DNA of 64,000 nucleotides, taken from positions 640,877 through 704,876 of the forward strand of contig NW_015164190.1 in NCBI RefSeq assembly GCF_001447785.1. Reading direction: 5' to 3'. Positions 1 to 12,182 of this stretch are shown here, piece after piece. Each line of letters opens with the position of its first letter. The first letter of the stretch is position 1. Under the pieces are notes generated by a model, which saw nothing but the letters and a program-made list of their open reading frames with translations, had not been told where the DNA came from and ran no database searches. The DNA comes from Gekko japonicus (lineage: Eukaryota). The translations under genes and the position numbers were made by a program.

Positions 1-1726
1 GTATTTTAATTCTCAATATCTTTTGCATCATCTTGTGGATCCATCTCCAGTATCTCTTTGTTACATCGCAAAGCCACCACATATGATAAAATGTACCTAT
101 CTTATTTTTACATTTCCAACATTTATCTGAACAATTTTCATTCTGCTTAGCAAGCTTTGATGCTTACTGCACTTGTCCTCATAATAATTCTGCAAGGTGA
201 ATTATTATTATTCTAGTTTTAATCTAGGGCACTTACAGTTTGACCCAGAACATTCAATAAGTTAATAACCACAGCAGGAGTTTGAACTCTGCAGGTGCCA
301 CACTCTATCAAATTGACTGCACTGGCTGCTTTGGAATTCAGTGATGGCTTTCTGCAAACTTTTTGGAAGGGTGTGGAAGGAAATTGATGTTTTCCAGTTT
401 GGTGTATTTTTGCTTTTGTTCTCTACTTGGCAGTTACCACCCCACATTCAAGAACTTTATGTCATTGTGTTGATCAAGCTGGATCTTGTTTTAACTCCAC
501 ACAATGGCTGCGGATGGCTCTTAGCTGATCTAAAGAAGTTTATTGACTGCATTTTATTTAAAAAGCACAGACCCCATGGAATTCTAGGCAGTACTTATTA
601 CAGAGGAAGGATCTCTTTCAGGAAAAGAACTTCAGTGAAAATTTCTTCCCTTAACCACCTTGCAGGGTTGTAGTGTGGATAAAATGGACAGAGGAGGTTT
701 TTGTACGCTGCTCCAAGCTTCTTGGTGGAAAAGTGGGGCAAAAATGTAATTGATTAATTGTACATTGCAACCTGTGGGTGTCAGAGAACATGAGTAACGA
801 GATGGTATTTTCAACAAAGAGTAAAGAAAACCAAAGACGGAGAAGAACCTGCACACAAAGTCAATGATACAAAGCCTGCATTCAAAGCCTGGCCCTTTCT
901 GTATTGATCTTCAGGATTCCGTTGAAGACAGTTTAATTTAGGAATGCATTTGACAGATTTAGTTTCTTTTATCGGCAGTCCTAATTGGAGTTTTTTAAAA
1001 TGAAACTTTATATGGTTTTTTAATTGTTGTTCTATTTATATTGTTTTTATTGTGTTTTTATAATCTTTTTATTTATTTTGTAAGCTTCTTTGAGCTCCAT
1101 GATATTAAAATAATAAATATTTTAAATAAATAAATGATGAGACAGAACAGATAAGAAAGAAAATGAAAACGTGTTGTAAGATTCCTTACTCAAATAAATT
1201 ATGGTAGTGTCAGTCAGAGCAAATCGATACATTGTCTCTTGGAATGAGAATGATGGCATTTGCTGTTTCTTCAAGGAGGGCAAATATACCTACTGGAGAG
1301 AAACTGGAGACTGCTCCTAGCAGGTACTGAACACAAAGCCACCTTGGCTGTTGCAGAGTTCTTTTCCCAAGCTGTAGCAAGATATGATAATATGAATAAA
1401 TAAATGAGTCTGGACTCAGGTTATTAGGATTGTTTTTAACTTTATTATTGTGATACTGGTCATGACCATTGGGTTGAAGGAGTAGTTTCACGTAAGTAAT
1501 TGAAACACTTTGTAAATGTTTAGCATGCCAGTAAAAGCTAGTTAAATTAAATTAAATCCTGTTATAGGCCCTGCCCCCAAAAGCATAGAAGTTTTGTTCA
1601 GTGCCAATAATTACATTAATATCTAATAAGTATTTATACAGAATATTTTCACGTCACCATGGAGTAACACAGCCTCATTTCATCTGAGGTAACAGAATTT
1701 TTGTAGGGTAAGAGCCTATATCCTTG

Positions 1727-2269
1727 TTTGACGGCCTGCACTTTTAAAAGCTTAGAAGTGCTGTACAAGCAGATAAAGGACTAGGAAGGGTTAATTATTC
1801 ACAGAGAGCCTTGAGTGACAGGCTGCTCCAAGGAATCTGATTGGTTAGCATCAGCTGAGCAGAAAAAGACTTGAGAGCTGAATGCTGAGGAGAGATTCAG
1901 TAGCATTGACTGAGTTTAGTACTGAGCTTTCTGCATTCTCATCTCCGTTTCAAAGCCGAAGAGCCAGCACTGTCCGAAGACGTTTCCGTGGTCATGTGGC
2001 CGGCTTTCGAGCAAGGGAACCTTTACCTTTACCTTTTTTCTGCATTCAGCCTGGAGAGAAGAAATTTCCCTACCAGATAAAACAGGGAGAGCGCTCCGTG
2101 GAGTGGAGAAATCCTTGGTCTGGTGTAATTACAGACTGCCTTGTGTGATCTTAAGAGTCAATTAAAACTCAAGCAGAAGAGTACTGGTATCTTTAGAGGG
2201 ATGTACTAAAAGGAAGGACAGGATTGCCCATTGGAAACAATGTGTGACGCTTGAAGGCCCATTGGAAAA
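1727..2269 (+). mobile_element. Solo-LTR family copy 1 (truncated at assembly gap)
   Basis: Aligns by eye to 58565-59040 (gagccttgagtgacaggctgctcc, ctgattggttagcatcag, gtcaattaaaactcaag shared). Confidence 0.65.
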
Positions 2270-2419
2270 NNNNNNNNNNNNNNNNNNNNNNNNNNNNNNN
2301 NNNNNNNNNNNNNNNNNNNNNNNNNNNNNNNNNNNNNNNNNNNNNNNNNNNNNNNNNNNNNNNNNNNNNNNNNNNNNNNNNNNNNNNNNNNNNNNNNNNN
2401 NNNNNNNNNNNNNNNNNNN
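2270..2419. other. Assembly gap (150 N)
   Basis: Run of N. Confidence 1.
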
Positions 2420-2540
2420 ATGCCAACTGACTTGCATGGGCTCCATTGAAATACAATACAGTACAAGTAGAGTTGCAAAAAAAAATGCGGAATGGATCTT
2501 CCATTAGGGTCTCAAGGCCCAAACACACTACTCGGGGGGT

Positions 2541-3081
2541 GGAATGAGAGACCACGGAGTGGAACGACAGCCCCAGGGTGTACCAGGAGTGTTTAGGGAC
2601 TTGAATGAGAGACCACGGAGTGGACTGACAGCCCCAGGGTGTACCAGGAGTGTTTAGGGACTTGAATGAGAGACCACAGAGTGGAATGACAGCCCCAGGG
2701 TGTAGCAGGAGTGTTCTGGGACTGGGATGACGGGCCTCAAAATGGACTGACAGCCCCAGGGTGTAGCAGGAGTGTTCAGGGACTGGAATGAGAAAGAATG
2801 GAGTGGAATGACAGCCCCAGGGAATAGCAGGAGTGTTCTGGGATTGGGATGATGGGCCTCAGAATGGACTGACAGCCCCTGGGGGTAGCAGGAGTGTTCA
2901 GGGACTGGAATGAGAGACCACGGAGTGGAATGACAGCCCCAGGGTGTAGCAAAAGTGTTCAGGGATTGGAATGACAGGTCCCAGAGTGGAATGACAGCCC
3001 CAGGGTGTAGCATGCGTGTTCAGGGTCTGGAATGAGAGACCACAGAGTAGAATGACAGCCCCAGGGTGTAGCAGGAGTGTT
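2541..3081. repeat. 61-bp minisatellite, about 9 units
   Basis: Units start at 2541, 2602, 2663, 2724, 2785, 2846, 2907, 2968, 3029; core gacagccccagggtgtagcaggagtgtt. Confidence 0.95.
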
Positions 3082-3722
3082 CCACCTCTCGCGTGTGATG
3101 TCCACGTGTGATGTCCGTTGCCGCTCGGACATCACACGTGAGAGGTCATTCTGGCTCCTCCAGCTCTCGTGAGAGGCTCTTTAAAACGTTATGGCTGCCG
3201 GCACCAGCGCCAACAATGGCGGCGGCCGTGGGGGGCCCGAGTGGTTCCTCCGCCTCCCTGTAACCCGGAGTGGTGGCCTTGGACTCCTAGGGGCAAATTC
3301 CACCTCTCGCATGTGATGTCATTTTGGCTCCTCCAGATCTCCTATGGGGCTCTTTAAAAAGTTATGGCTGCCGCTGCCAGCAGCAGCAATGGCCATTCTG
3401 GCTCCTCCAGCTCTGGTGAGAGGCTCTTTAAAAAGTTATGGCTGCCGCCACCAGCGTCAGCAATGGCAGCGGCCGCGGGGGTGGGGGCCGAGTGGTTCCT
3501 CAGCCTCCCTGAGCCCCGGGGTGGTGGCCTTGGACTCCTAGGGGCAAATTCCCTAGGTGGCCTTGGACTTCTAGGGGCAAATTCCACCTCGGCAACGCCA
3601 CTCGGACATCACACGCAAATTCCACCTCTCGTGTGTGATGTCCGAGTGGTGTTGCCGCTCGGACATCACACGCGAGAGGTCATTCTGGCTTCCCCAGCTC
3701 ACCTCACGTGTGATGTCGGGCA
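3082..3722. repeat. GC-rich composite repeat with internal inverted repeats
   Basis: Module ggctcctccag...ggctctttaaaa.gttatggctgcc occurs 3 times; 27-bp-arm hairpin at 3624-3680 and a variant at 3084-3146. Confidence 0.8.
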
Positions 3723-3952
3723 TTCTAAATTATCTTATACACTGTATGTGCAAACTTCACTTAAATCTGAAGCATCTTGGCATGTGTGTACTGGGAACTA
3801 AAGGTACAACATGAAGTAACTTAAGATACTATCATACTGTTGATGATTACTACTCCATGGATGAAAGCAGATTATTTCTATGCTCACTGGTCAATGTTGC
3901 AATTGGTGAAATGATGGCCCTTCGCTTCCGCATCGCAAAGTGCCATATCCTC

Positions 3953-3966
3953 ATGACTTTGCGTTT
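3953..3966 (+). promoter_or_regulatory. Antioxidant response element (Nrf2/sMaf) candidate
   Basis: ATGACTTTGCGTTTT matches RTGAYnnnGCRwwww; about 420 bp upstream of PRDX1 TATA. Confidence 0.55.
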
Positions 3967-4139
3967 TCAATTGTGAAATACAGATCAGCTGCACAACGAG
4001 CTTCAGCAAAACATTAACATTCTCTTCCCCGACACTTAGTAAATTAGAAAGGGCTTATAATTTGCCACTGTAAAGCGATCCAACACTGCATTTAAAGTGT
4101 AACACTCTCTTTTAAAAACAACAACAGCAGGAGGCATGT

Positions 4140-4459
4140 AACTAAACGGCGGCCGAGAGGCGGCCAAGAGAACATCCGCCGGCACTCATAGCGTGAGATC
4201 TACTTCCATCACCTCTCTCGCTGCCAGGAAACTAAAAGCAGATAAAGGCTAAAATGCAAAGTCACGCTGTCGCTGCAACTACACAAGCTGGGATGGGAAA
4301 GGCGCGGAGGAGGAGGAGTCAGGAGATAGCGTCACCACCTTCAGATCAGTTTCCTCGCGAGATTCTAGAAGGTATAAAATCCGGCGGGGCACACCCTAAA
4401 GAGCTGGAGCAGGCTGTGCGTTGCAGAAGCGAGTGTTGGCGTTTGCGGTTTCTTGGTAG
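4140..4459 (+). promoter_or_regulatory. PRDX1: PRDX1 CpG-rich promoter, TATA box (4373-4379) and probable non-coding exon 1
   Basis: CpG enrichment, TATAAAA, CCTCGCGAGA (BANP-like motif, one mismatch), candidate donors after 4455 or 4459; PRDX1 orthologues have a non-coding first exon. Confidence 0.6.
4251..4265 (-). promoter_or_regulatory. Antioxidant response element (Nrf2/sMaf) candidate
   Basis: Minus strand reads GTGACTTTGCATTTT, matching RTGAYnnnGCRwwww, about 110 bp upstream of TATA. Confidence 0.6.
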
Positions 4460-5579
4460 GTAATGGTTGCTGTAGACACTAAGCTAGAAGGAAGGGATCA
4501 TTTTATTAGCGGAGACGTTTCCTTTTGGTCGCTGTAGCAAAGTCTTCTAAGGAGCAGTGCTCTATGGTGCTTTATGCCGTTTGCAAGTTTGTCGGATTTG
4601 TTTGCATGCTTTAAAATGAGCGGCTTTTTTAAAATGAAGACAGTGCAGTATATTGAGTGCACAGTATTAGTGCTGGGTTCTCTGTTCCTTTTTGTTGATA
4701 CTCTGTCGTGTGGTGGAAGGGCCGAGCGGCGTATGGTTTTCTGCTTTTTGCTTTTAGGGGTTTTGCGTTTTCCTTTGTTGCCTCTTCTCTCGGGTGTAAG
4801 AGGAAGAAAAATTCCGCTTCAAACCGCCTGGAGGGTGGGGAGGAATTGAGTGCAATTAAGGCAGAGCTGTTAAGCTAAGCGGCAGTTCAAACGCCCTTGA
4901 TTTTTTTCCAGCGCCGAGTGCCAGCAGCTTCAGTCGGATCGTAGAGGTGTGGGCTGTGCTGCAGATTTCAGTGGCTCAAAAGCTACTGATGGTGTTCAGA
5001 GGTGGATCTCTTGGCAGTGTGTTTATCGGGAGTTCCTCATTACAAATCAGAGACTAGCAATTCAAAGAGGTGTGCCATTGCTTTGAATATTTAGACAGTT
5101 GTATGTTTTAACACCGGGAGATACTGCCTTTTAATTAGCTACAGGAAATATGCAGCAAGGCCAAGTGGCCGTTGAATTTCTCGGTTCCCTCACTGGAGTA
5201 AGTTTCTTTGACCCCAGTGGAACGTCTGTATAAATACGCTTGTGAGCGCTTAGTGTAGCTCAAGAGCTTTGATCTGGCTGGTTCGTAAATCGGCTTCCTC
5301 TTTTGAGGTTTCAGATTTCCCTAACAGAAAATTAAGGTAGCTGCCTTTGAGTAGCAGCTTTAATTGTATTTCTTAGAAAAGGACTGGTGAGTGTTTGGGA
5401 TTCTGGGAAGCGACCAGGTTGTATAAACGTCGATGTTAGGAGCTTTAAAGACTGCTGATGGTATGCAAGTTCATATAAAATTCCTGGTTTGATCCTTGGA
5501 ATATTTGAAATGAATTGCATGTACTACCTTGTCAATTCTAAGAACATTCTACATGGGTAGTTGGTCCGTGGTCTGTGGC

Positions 5580-5765
5580 CTGTATAGCCCCAGATAGCCA
5601 AATCTCAAAAGCTAAGCAGGGTTGGCCCTGCTTAGTATTTGGATGGGATACCACCAAGGGATACCAGGGTCACTATTCAGAGGCAGGCAGTGGTGAACCA
5701 CCTCTGTCTCTTGCCTTGAAAACCCTAAAACCCAGTGGGGTTTCCATAACTTGGTTGGGATGAGA
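5580..5765 (+). mobile_element. 5S rRNA-derived SINE (5S-Sauria-like)
   Basis: aagctaagcagggttggccctgcttagtatttggatgggataccacc resembles 5S rRNA, followed by Sauria/BovB-like tail ctcttgccttgaaaaccc. Confidence 0.7.
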
Positions 5766-5774
5766 GCAAAAGGC

Positions 5775-5856
5775 CAACAGAAGTCTAGTGGCTTAAAGAT
5801 CAATATTTATTCCAGCATAAGCTTTTGTGAGTCAGAGCTCACGTCTTCAGATGCAG
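5775..5856 (-). mobile_element. Penelope-like element terminal relic with decayed hammerhead motif
   Basis: Minus strand GCAT-CTGAAGA-C-GTGAG-CTCTGA-CTCAC-AAAA-GCTT-ATGC. Confidence 0.55.
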
Positions 5857-6899
5857 TCTCTAAGAAACCCTCTGAAATAGTTGTGACTATAATATTGCTG
5901 CATTAAAAACTGCATAATGAGCATTGAAATGTTCTGTATGATGGCAGTTACCTTCAGCATTCTTCCTGTTGCCAGCATTGCTTCCCTTCCTAGGGAATCT
6001 GTCACAAGAAAAAATTCAAGCACTTCACTCAAGTTAAACTGTTTTTTGCAGAATTGTTAACATAGTTTGCTGAAGCCTGCATAAGCACATGCCTACTTGG
6101 CTGAGCTTTTCCTTAAGCTGACATGGGAGAATATGGCTGGCAAGGCCTCTTTAATTGAATAAACTTTAATTGCTAGGTGCATACATGAAGTGTCAGAAAT
6201 TAGTGTGGAAATACTATCCCACTTGCAGAGTTATACATTTTTAACCTTTACCTGGACTTTGCTAGCAACACAGAATTTCTGTGGTTCAGTTGTCCCTAAT
6301 CACACTTCACAAATGAATTTGCATCTAATAGGGTTCAGGATCTAAAAATCTTGTAACCTTGGTTGAAGTTCATGCTCCCTGTAAATGTAGTGCTTGGTTT
6401 TGCTTCAAAGTATCTCAGCAATGCTTTTGAGAGGAGGGTTGCAGGGAAGAACAGAAGTTCTTCACTGCTCATCCTCTGAAGAAAATTTCACAGTCGTGCA
6501 GGTAAAACTTGTTTTTCCCACCTAGCAGTAATGGTTGAATTGGTAACAATACTTTATAGAAGTGTTCGTAATACTTGTATTAACAGCGGCTGACAGTCCT
6601 TATCTGTGCACAGTGAGGTTAGAGGCAAAGTTCTGCAACTAATGCTGAGTTTTCTATTACTTTCAGTATTTTAGTGTACTTTAAAGTACTAAAATTCAGT
6701 CTGTACCACTTCTTTGTTAATTATGCCTGAGTACTGAAAACCCTACATCTATAGTACTTTTGCAAATCTGTACTTGTTCTGGTCAATCTCGAAATTATAA
6801 ATGTGGTGTTAATTAATGCTAGATGGTTTCTTTCTCTGGGGAGGGGTTCAAAAAACCACAAAACCTAACAAATTCCATTTTTTTTCAGTTCCTGCCAGA

Positions 6900-7005
6900 A
6901 TGTCATCCGGAAATGCTTATATTGGTAAGCCGGCCCCTGACTTCCAGGCCACAGCTGTAATGCCTGATGGACAATTCAAAGAAATCAAGCTCTCAGACTA
7001 CAAAG
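6900..7005 (+). CDS. PRDX1: Peroxiredoxin-1 coding exon 1
   Basis: [35 protein letters not shown]; acceptor at 6888, donor gtaaat. Confidence 0.96.
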
Positions 7006-7557
7006 GTAAATGTATTAAAAATTGTTGGATTTGTGGGCAGGGGATTGCAAAATAGAGGGATTGCAAAATAGAAGCAGTGTGATGTTCTACATGTAAAATC
7101 CTAATGCCACTTGTACTGAAAACATGATCCTGAAATGGAACAGCTTTCCGGCATATAGAATATGAAAATATAAGTGTGTTGCAAAAAGAACCGTTTGCAT
7201 ACTATGTTACGTTACGTTGCTGTATTGCAAAATTTCTATCGTGACTGGAGTATAGTCTTGGGATTTGTTTCATTTTGCTGTAACCCAGTTGTAATAAGGA
7301 TTTTGAAATACAGCAAGCTACTTAATGTAGCTTGCAAAAGATTGCTTTTGTGACACTGATTAGTTTTCTCATTCTAGAATAGTTACATTTCAAGAACAAG
7401 AATCATGGACCTGAATAAATGAATTCTTTCTCATAGGCTAGCAAACTGCGTTGGTAACATGTAACTGTCAGTTACTGCCCATAGAAACATGTATTAGTTA
7501 TCTGTGGGCCAGCTTCTTTGTCTGGTTACTAAGAAGCCTTTGAATCATCGGGGGCCT

Positions 7558-7930
7558 GCCAGGGGTCATTTCGTAGAAAAAGAGGTGCAGGAGCTCATTA
7601 GCATAACTTATTTGCATATGCCACACCCCTTGGCATCTCTGGAAGTGTTTCAGAAGGCAACACCCACCGCTCAGGCTCCACTGGACTGTTTTGGATTGCT
7701 AGCTATTGGGGGGGGGGGTTCTGCAGATCTGCCCTCACAGAGGAGGGAGAGCTTGTACCTGAAGGTGGGCGGGGGGGGGGACTCTGCAACTTACCTGGCT
7801 GCTTCTTGCTCCTTGTGGCCTGACTGAGGGCTGCTGGGAGCAGGGGGCGGGGCTTGTTGAATGTGCTCGCCCCCTGGGCTCCTTACTGCCGGAGCTCCGC
7901 TCCTGTGCGCTCCCACCTGACCATGGTTTC
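7558..7930. mobile_element. Non-autonomous DNA transposon (MITE-like) relic
   Basis: cagggg..tttcgtagaaaaagaggtgcaggagctcattagcat..atttgcatatgccacacccc resembles common squamate MITE ends; GC-rich body. Confidence 0.45.
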
Positions 7931-8784
7931 ACTTCAGTTACCAACAAATAAGCAGCACCAACTTCTCATTGACTTATTTGCAGGCTAGAGCCTCTAACAT
8001 CTTAGATTCCTGAAAGCAGTGTCTCTCCTCCCTGTCTGATCTTTGTGCCCCACTTACAAACATTGTTCTTTTCTGCTGGATGAGAGATTTCTTTTGTCAT
8101 TATCTTCTCTCCTATATTTCCTTCAGCATCTCTGATTAGCTGTGCTTGGCAGGCTGAACAAGGAGGACTGTAGTCCAAAAGCTGTAGATCAAATCAAATG
8201 AATAAATAAGTGGTAAAGGGCTTTGCTTCTCCTGTGTTCAGCCTACTGTGGACTGCAAGCAGGCAGAACAACAGTATGTTGAGATACAGCAAATGAACCA
8301 AGCTTTCACACCCCCAACTCAGAGCATTATGAAGGCAAAGTGGAAGCTGGGGAAGCATTCCCAAGACATTAGTACTGAATGCAGATTGGCTGGGCCAGAT
8401 ACATCCTTCAAGTTGCTAGGCTATCAGTGGAACAGACAAAGACCTGGCTGTCTTATCAGTGGGACAGACAAAGGATCTGGCCCAGAAATAGCTTCCCTGG
8501 TGCTTAGGCCCAGCAAGGGCAGGTGTTCACCACCCCCTAGAGGCTTTCTAAGTGCTTATGGAGCACATGCTGGTTCTTTAGCTGAACCATATGCCACTTC
8601 TGCCAGTTTAGTGACATGTAGCTTTTGTTTGTAACATATGGGTATTCAGCTGGATTGAGTACAACAGAATGTCCCAAAGGACAGGCTACTGATCTTTAGA
8701 TTTTATATTTTTTTATTTCTAAACTCTGAGGCTGTTGTTGCTTTACTTTATGCAAAAATACTAACTTGGTTACTTTTTCCTTAG

Positions 8785-8938
8785 GCAAATATGTTGTGCT
8801 GTTTTTCTATCCGCTTGATTTCACCTTTGTTTGTCCAACTGAGATTATTGCATTCAGTGACAGATCTGAGGAGTTTCGGAAAATAAACTGTGAAGTGATT
8901 GGAGCTTCTGTCGACTCCCACTTCTGCCACCTTGCCTG
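8785..8938 (+). CDS. PRDX1: Peroxiredoxin-1 coding exon 2 (peroxidatic Cys)
   Basis: [52 protein letters not shown]; ttag / gtaag. Confidence 0.97.
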
Positions 8939-9985
8939 GTAAGAGGAGTCCTTGGGTTACAAGCTTTGTTTCTTCTCTGCAGGTCCTCCCAAACCTTACA
9001 GAGACAGAAGTAGCTGCTGCCAAGGAGTAATTTAATCTGAAGTTTTTGTTTTGGTCCAGTCTAGGAATAAGTTTTTACTAGTGACAAAATACTTCGTGGC
9101 TTACAGAGGCTTGGTTCTCATAGTTAATAGTCATAAGATATCCATCTGTTACAGTCTTGTCACATGAGAAAATAGATCAGCGAGTCTCTGAAGACTAGAG
9201 CTAATGGAACATGGTGGGATCTATTTCCTCAGTGTCTGTTTCATCATTGTTAATAACTGTGAGCTCCTGTGGTTCCTTCTCAGAGAGGCCCCCCCTTGCT
9301 CGTTTTCTTCTCCACAGTCTCTGCTTTCCTTTCCCTCCTGTCTCCCATTCTCTTGTTTCCCCCCTGCCTCTCTCTCTCTTGTTCCTCCTTCCTTTTTTCC
9401 AAGTTGCCTTGAGTTTCAAAATAAACCTGGCAGCCATTTCAAATTTTTGTTGGCAACCACAGACAATGGTGATGTTATTAGTTGATTAGGCATTCCAAAA
9501 TGACTTTGAAGATCTAGTGAGGTGATCTTCTAAAAGTTTGGATTTATCTCCTCCAATAAAAAATTAAGATTTTTCTACAGACCTGGGGGTTACCCCAGAT
9601 TTGTAGAAACATCTCCCTGATTGCTACATTGCCTCCATTTTGCAGAGTTTCTGATTTGCAGTCTGGCACCACCACGTTCAGAATTAAGATACAAGAGTGC
9701 TATAGGATTGGATCACTGGGTAGCTGCTCTTGTGTCACTCCAGCAGTGTAAGAAACATATTAAAGGCATTTTCATGTCATTCTGGAAATTGGAGTGACTT
9801 TTCTTAGGTTAATGCTCTCTAACGTCTAAATTGCAAAAAATGACTAAACAGCAGAAGTTGCACATATATACTTAAGTAATTATCTTACTGTGCTGCATTT
9901 GAAATTAATGATATTCCTATGACCTCTCCTTAATTTCCTGAAATATGATGTGGTTTTCTAAAATCCCTTTTTGCTACCTTTACAG

Positions 9986-10108
9986 GATCAACACTCCTAA
10001 GAAGCAAGGTGGCCTGGGTAGTATGCACATTCCCTTGGTATCTGACACAAAGCGTGTGATTGCTAAAGATTATGGAATACTAAAAGAAGATGAAGGCATT
10101 TCTTACAG
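9986..10108 (+). CDS. PRDX1: Peroxiredoxin-1 coding exon 3
   Basis: [41 protein letters not shown]; tacag / gtaaag. Confidence 0.97.
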
Positions 10109-11048
10109 GTAAAGCTAAAATTACACCCTCTAAGTGACTTGCTTAGAGAGCATGGTATGATGACAAGCAGCATCCCTCTTATGCCATTGTGATTCTCAAT
10201 ATTTTTTTCTTAGTAACTTTGTTAAATGTTTTCTTGTGGTGTTTTGGGAAGAAGAGCTTTGAAGTCCTGTGCATGTTTCCTTTCTTCACGGTAAAACATA
10301 GTGCAAGAATATATGAAACTGTATCTGGGACTTCCTAGAACCAGTAATGAGTCTAAAAGAGGGAAACAAGAAAGGTTCAGAAAGATCCTAGCTAAGTAAG
10401 TCTAGTAATGAATGTATTTGTACTACTACTGATACATAGAAGAAGGGTTTAGGGCATGTACAGTCCAAAAGCTCTATTTAAAAATTATTCCCGTATGAAG
10501 TTAAGGCCTTGGCAATTATCATTGTTTTGCTCTACTGAAGTGAAAGGACATTGCTTTACACTTAATCTTGTGTACAGATATTTGCCAGAAATGCATTGAT
10601 CTGATACTGATAGGAAGATTTTTCTGTAAGGTACATGAATAAGGTGTTATATGACATTCTTATAAGTAATTTTCTTTGGTCTGACTGTGTTTTATATTAT
10701 AAAATCTTAACTCTGCACCAGTTACAACTTTAACTTTATTCTGATGGACTGAATTTATGATATAATCCGTTATAACTAAGTCTGCAGCACAGGACATTGT
10801 CTGTTCTGCCATCACCCCACTTAACTTTTGAGTTTTTTGCTATTAAATATGTTCTGTGTTTTATGACAAGAATTACAAATTATGCTGTATGTAGTCTTAC
10901 ATTTCTTGGTTTTTAGAATGAGAATTATATGCTACAACTTGACAGATCAGAACTGAAAACACTGTTAACTATTGGGGTACAAATACTAAGTTGTAGTGTT
11001 GGAAATGGTTTTTTAAAAATTTCTGATTTGTGCTCATCTTTCCTTAAG

Positions 11049-11179
11049 GGGTCTCTTTATCATTGATGACAAAGGAACTTTACGCCAGATCACAATTAAT
11101 GATCTCCCAGTTGGCCGTTCAGTTGATGAAACACTCCGGCTAGTTCAGGCTTTTCAGTTTACAGACAAACATGGAGAAG
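11049..11179 (+). CDS. PRDX1: Peroxiredoxin-1 coding exon 4
   Basis: [43 protein letters not shown]; taag / gtaag. Confidence 0.97.
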
Positions 11180-12182
11180 GTAAGATTATCATGTATCATA
11201 CTTCTCTGGCTGATGTTTTATTCATTTTTATTTATTTATGCAGGGTCCCTGAAGGCAGTGAGCAATCACCAGCTTTAAAATAAAACAAAAGTAACAGTTA
11301 AAGTATAAACACATGACTAGGAGGGAGGACCACTGAGGGAATGTCAAACAAAACAGAAATTTTCACCTGCTGGCAGAAGACAGCCATTGTGGTGGGGAGA
11401 CAGATTATTCTCCCTGGGGAGGGCATAGTTTTGGTGCCATGGCCAAGAAGTCCCATTCTCAGGTTGCAGCTCATCTAGCCTCAGATGTTGGGGGTACCTG
11501 AAGCAGGGTGCTAGAGGAACTCTCTTGCATAAGGAAGCTTTTAATAACTCGTCATGAATTTGTCTTTAAACACAAAGAGTGTATAGGAATACTCAATTTC
11601 TGCACAATTTTATAAGGATGGCCACTAAGACTTCAAGATTTGGGGTTTTGGCTTACCTTTGTCTTCATTTTACATTGTATTCAACCAAATGTATAAATTC
11701 AGTGACCTTGAAGGACATTCAGTAGAAGGGTCATTCAATAGATGTCTTAGGTTTATAGAAGTCTAGAACAAATGCCATGAGCCCCCTTATTGCTTGATTA
11801 CAGTTCTGGGGATTTCCAGTTTCCCTTGTGATGAAGCTAAAACATGTTCCCCAGTTCTGGCTGAAATTCTAGGTAGAAATCAGTATGCTTGCTTGCATAT
11901 CTAAGAGGATAGAGATTAAAGTTGCCAATAGGCTGCAGGAGCCAAGGAGATAAAGCCTTTCATGGGGAAACTACAGGAGAAGAATGGAAAGGGAACAACA
12001 TGGGAGTATAAATAAAAAGAAGGAAGGGACATATAGAGGTCACCGGGGGTAGCCCAGGAAGTCTCCGGTAGGCTTTTGCTTCCAAGCAACTTCAGCCATT
12101 TTCATGTTACAGTGAACGTGCATACATCTGTTCATGAGAAAGAGCTAATGTGCATTCACTTCAGAAATGCAACCAGGAACTG

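Noticed and set aside
1-1700. Possible exons of a neighbouring gene such as AKR1A1 (ORFs 341-673 and 1210-1491; acceptor-like sites near 851 and 1372 on -)
   Set aside because: No translation resembled a protein I recognise
2162-2555. ORFs containing X runs
   Set aside because: Artefacts of the N gap
2541-3081. CRISPR-like repeat-spacer appearance
   Set aside because: The variable parts are homologous to each other, the DNA is vertebrate and there are no cas genes; it is a minisatellite
5585-5670. 5S rRNA gene
   Set aside because: Diverged, 5'-incomplete and fused to a Sauria/BovB-like tail, so a SINE
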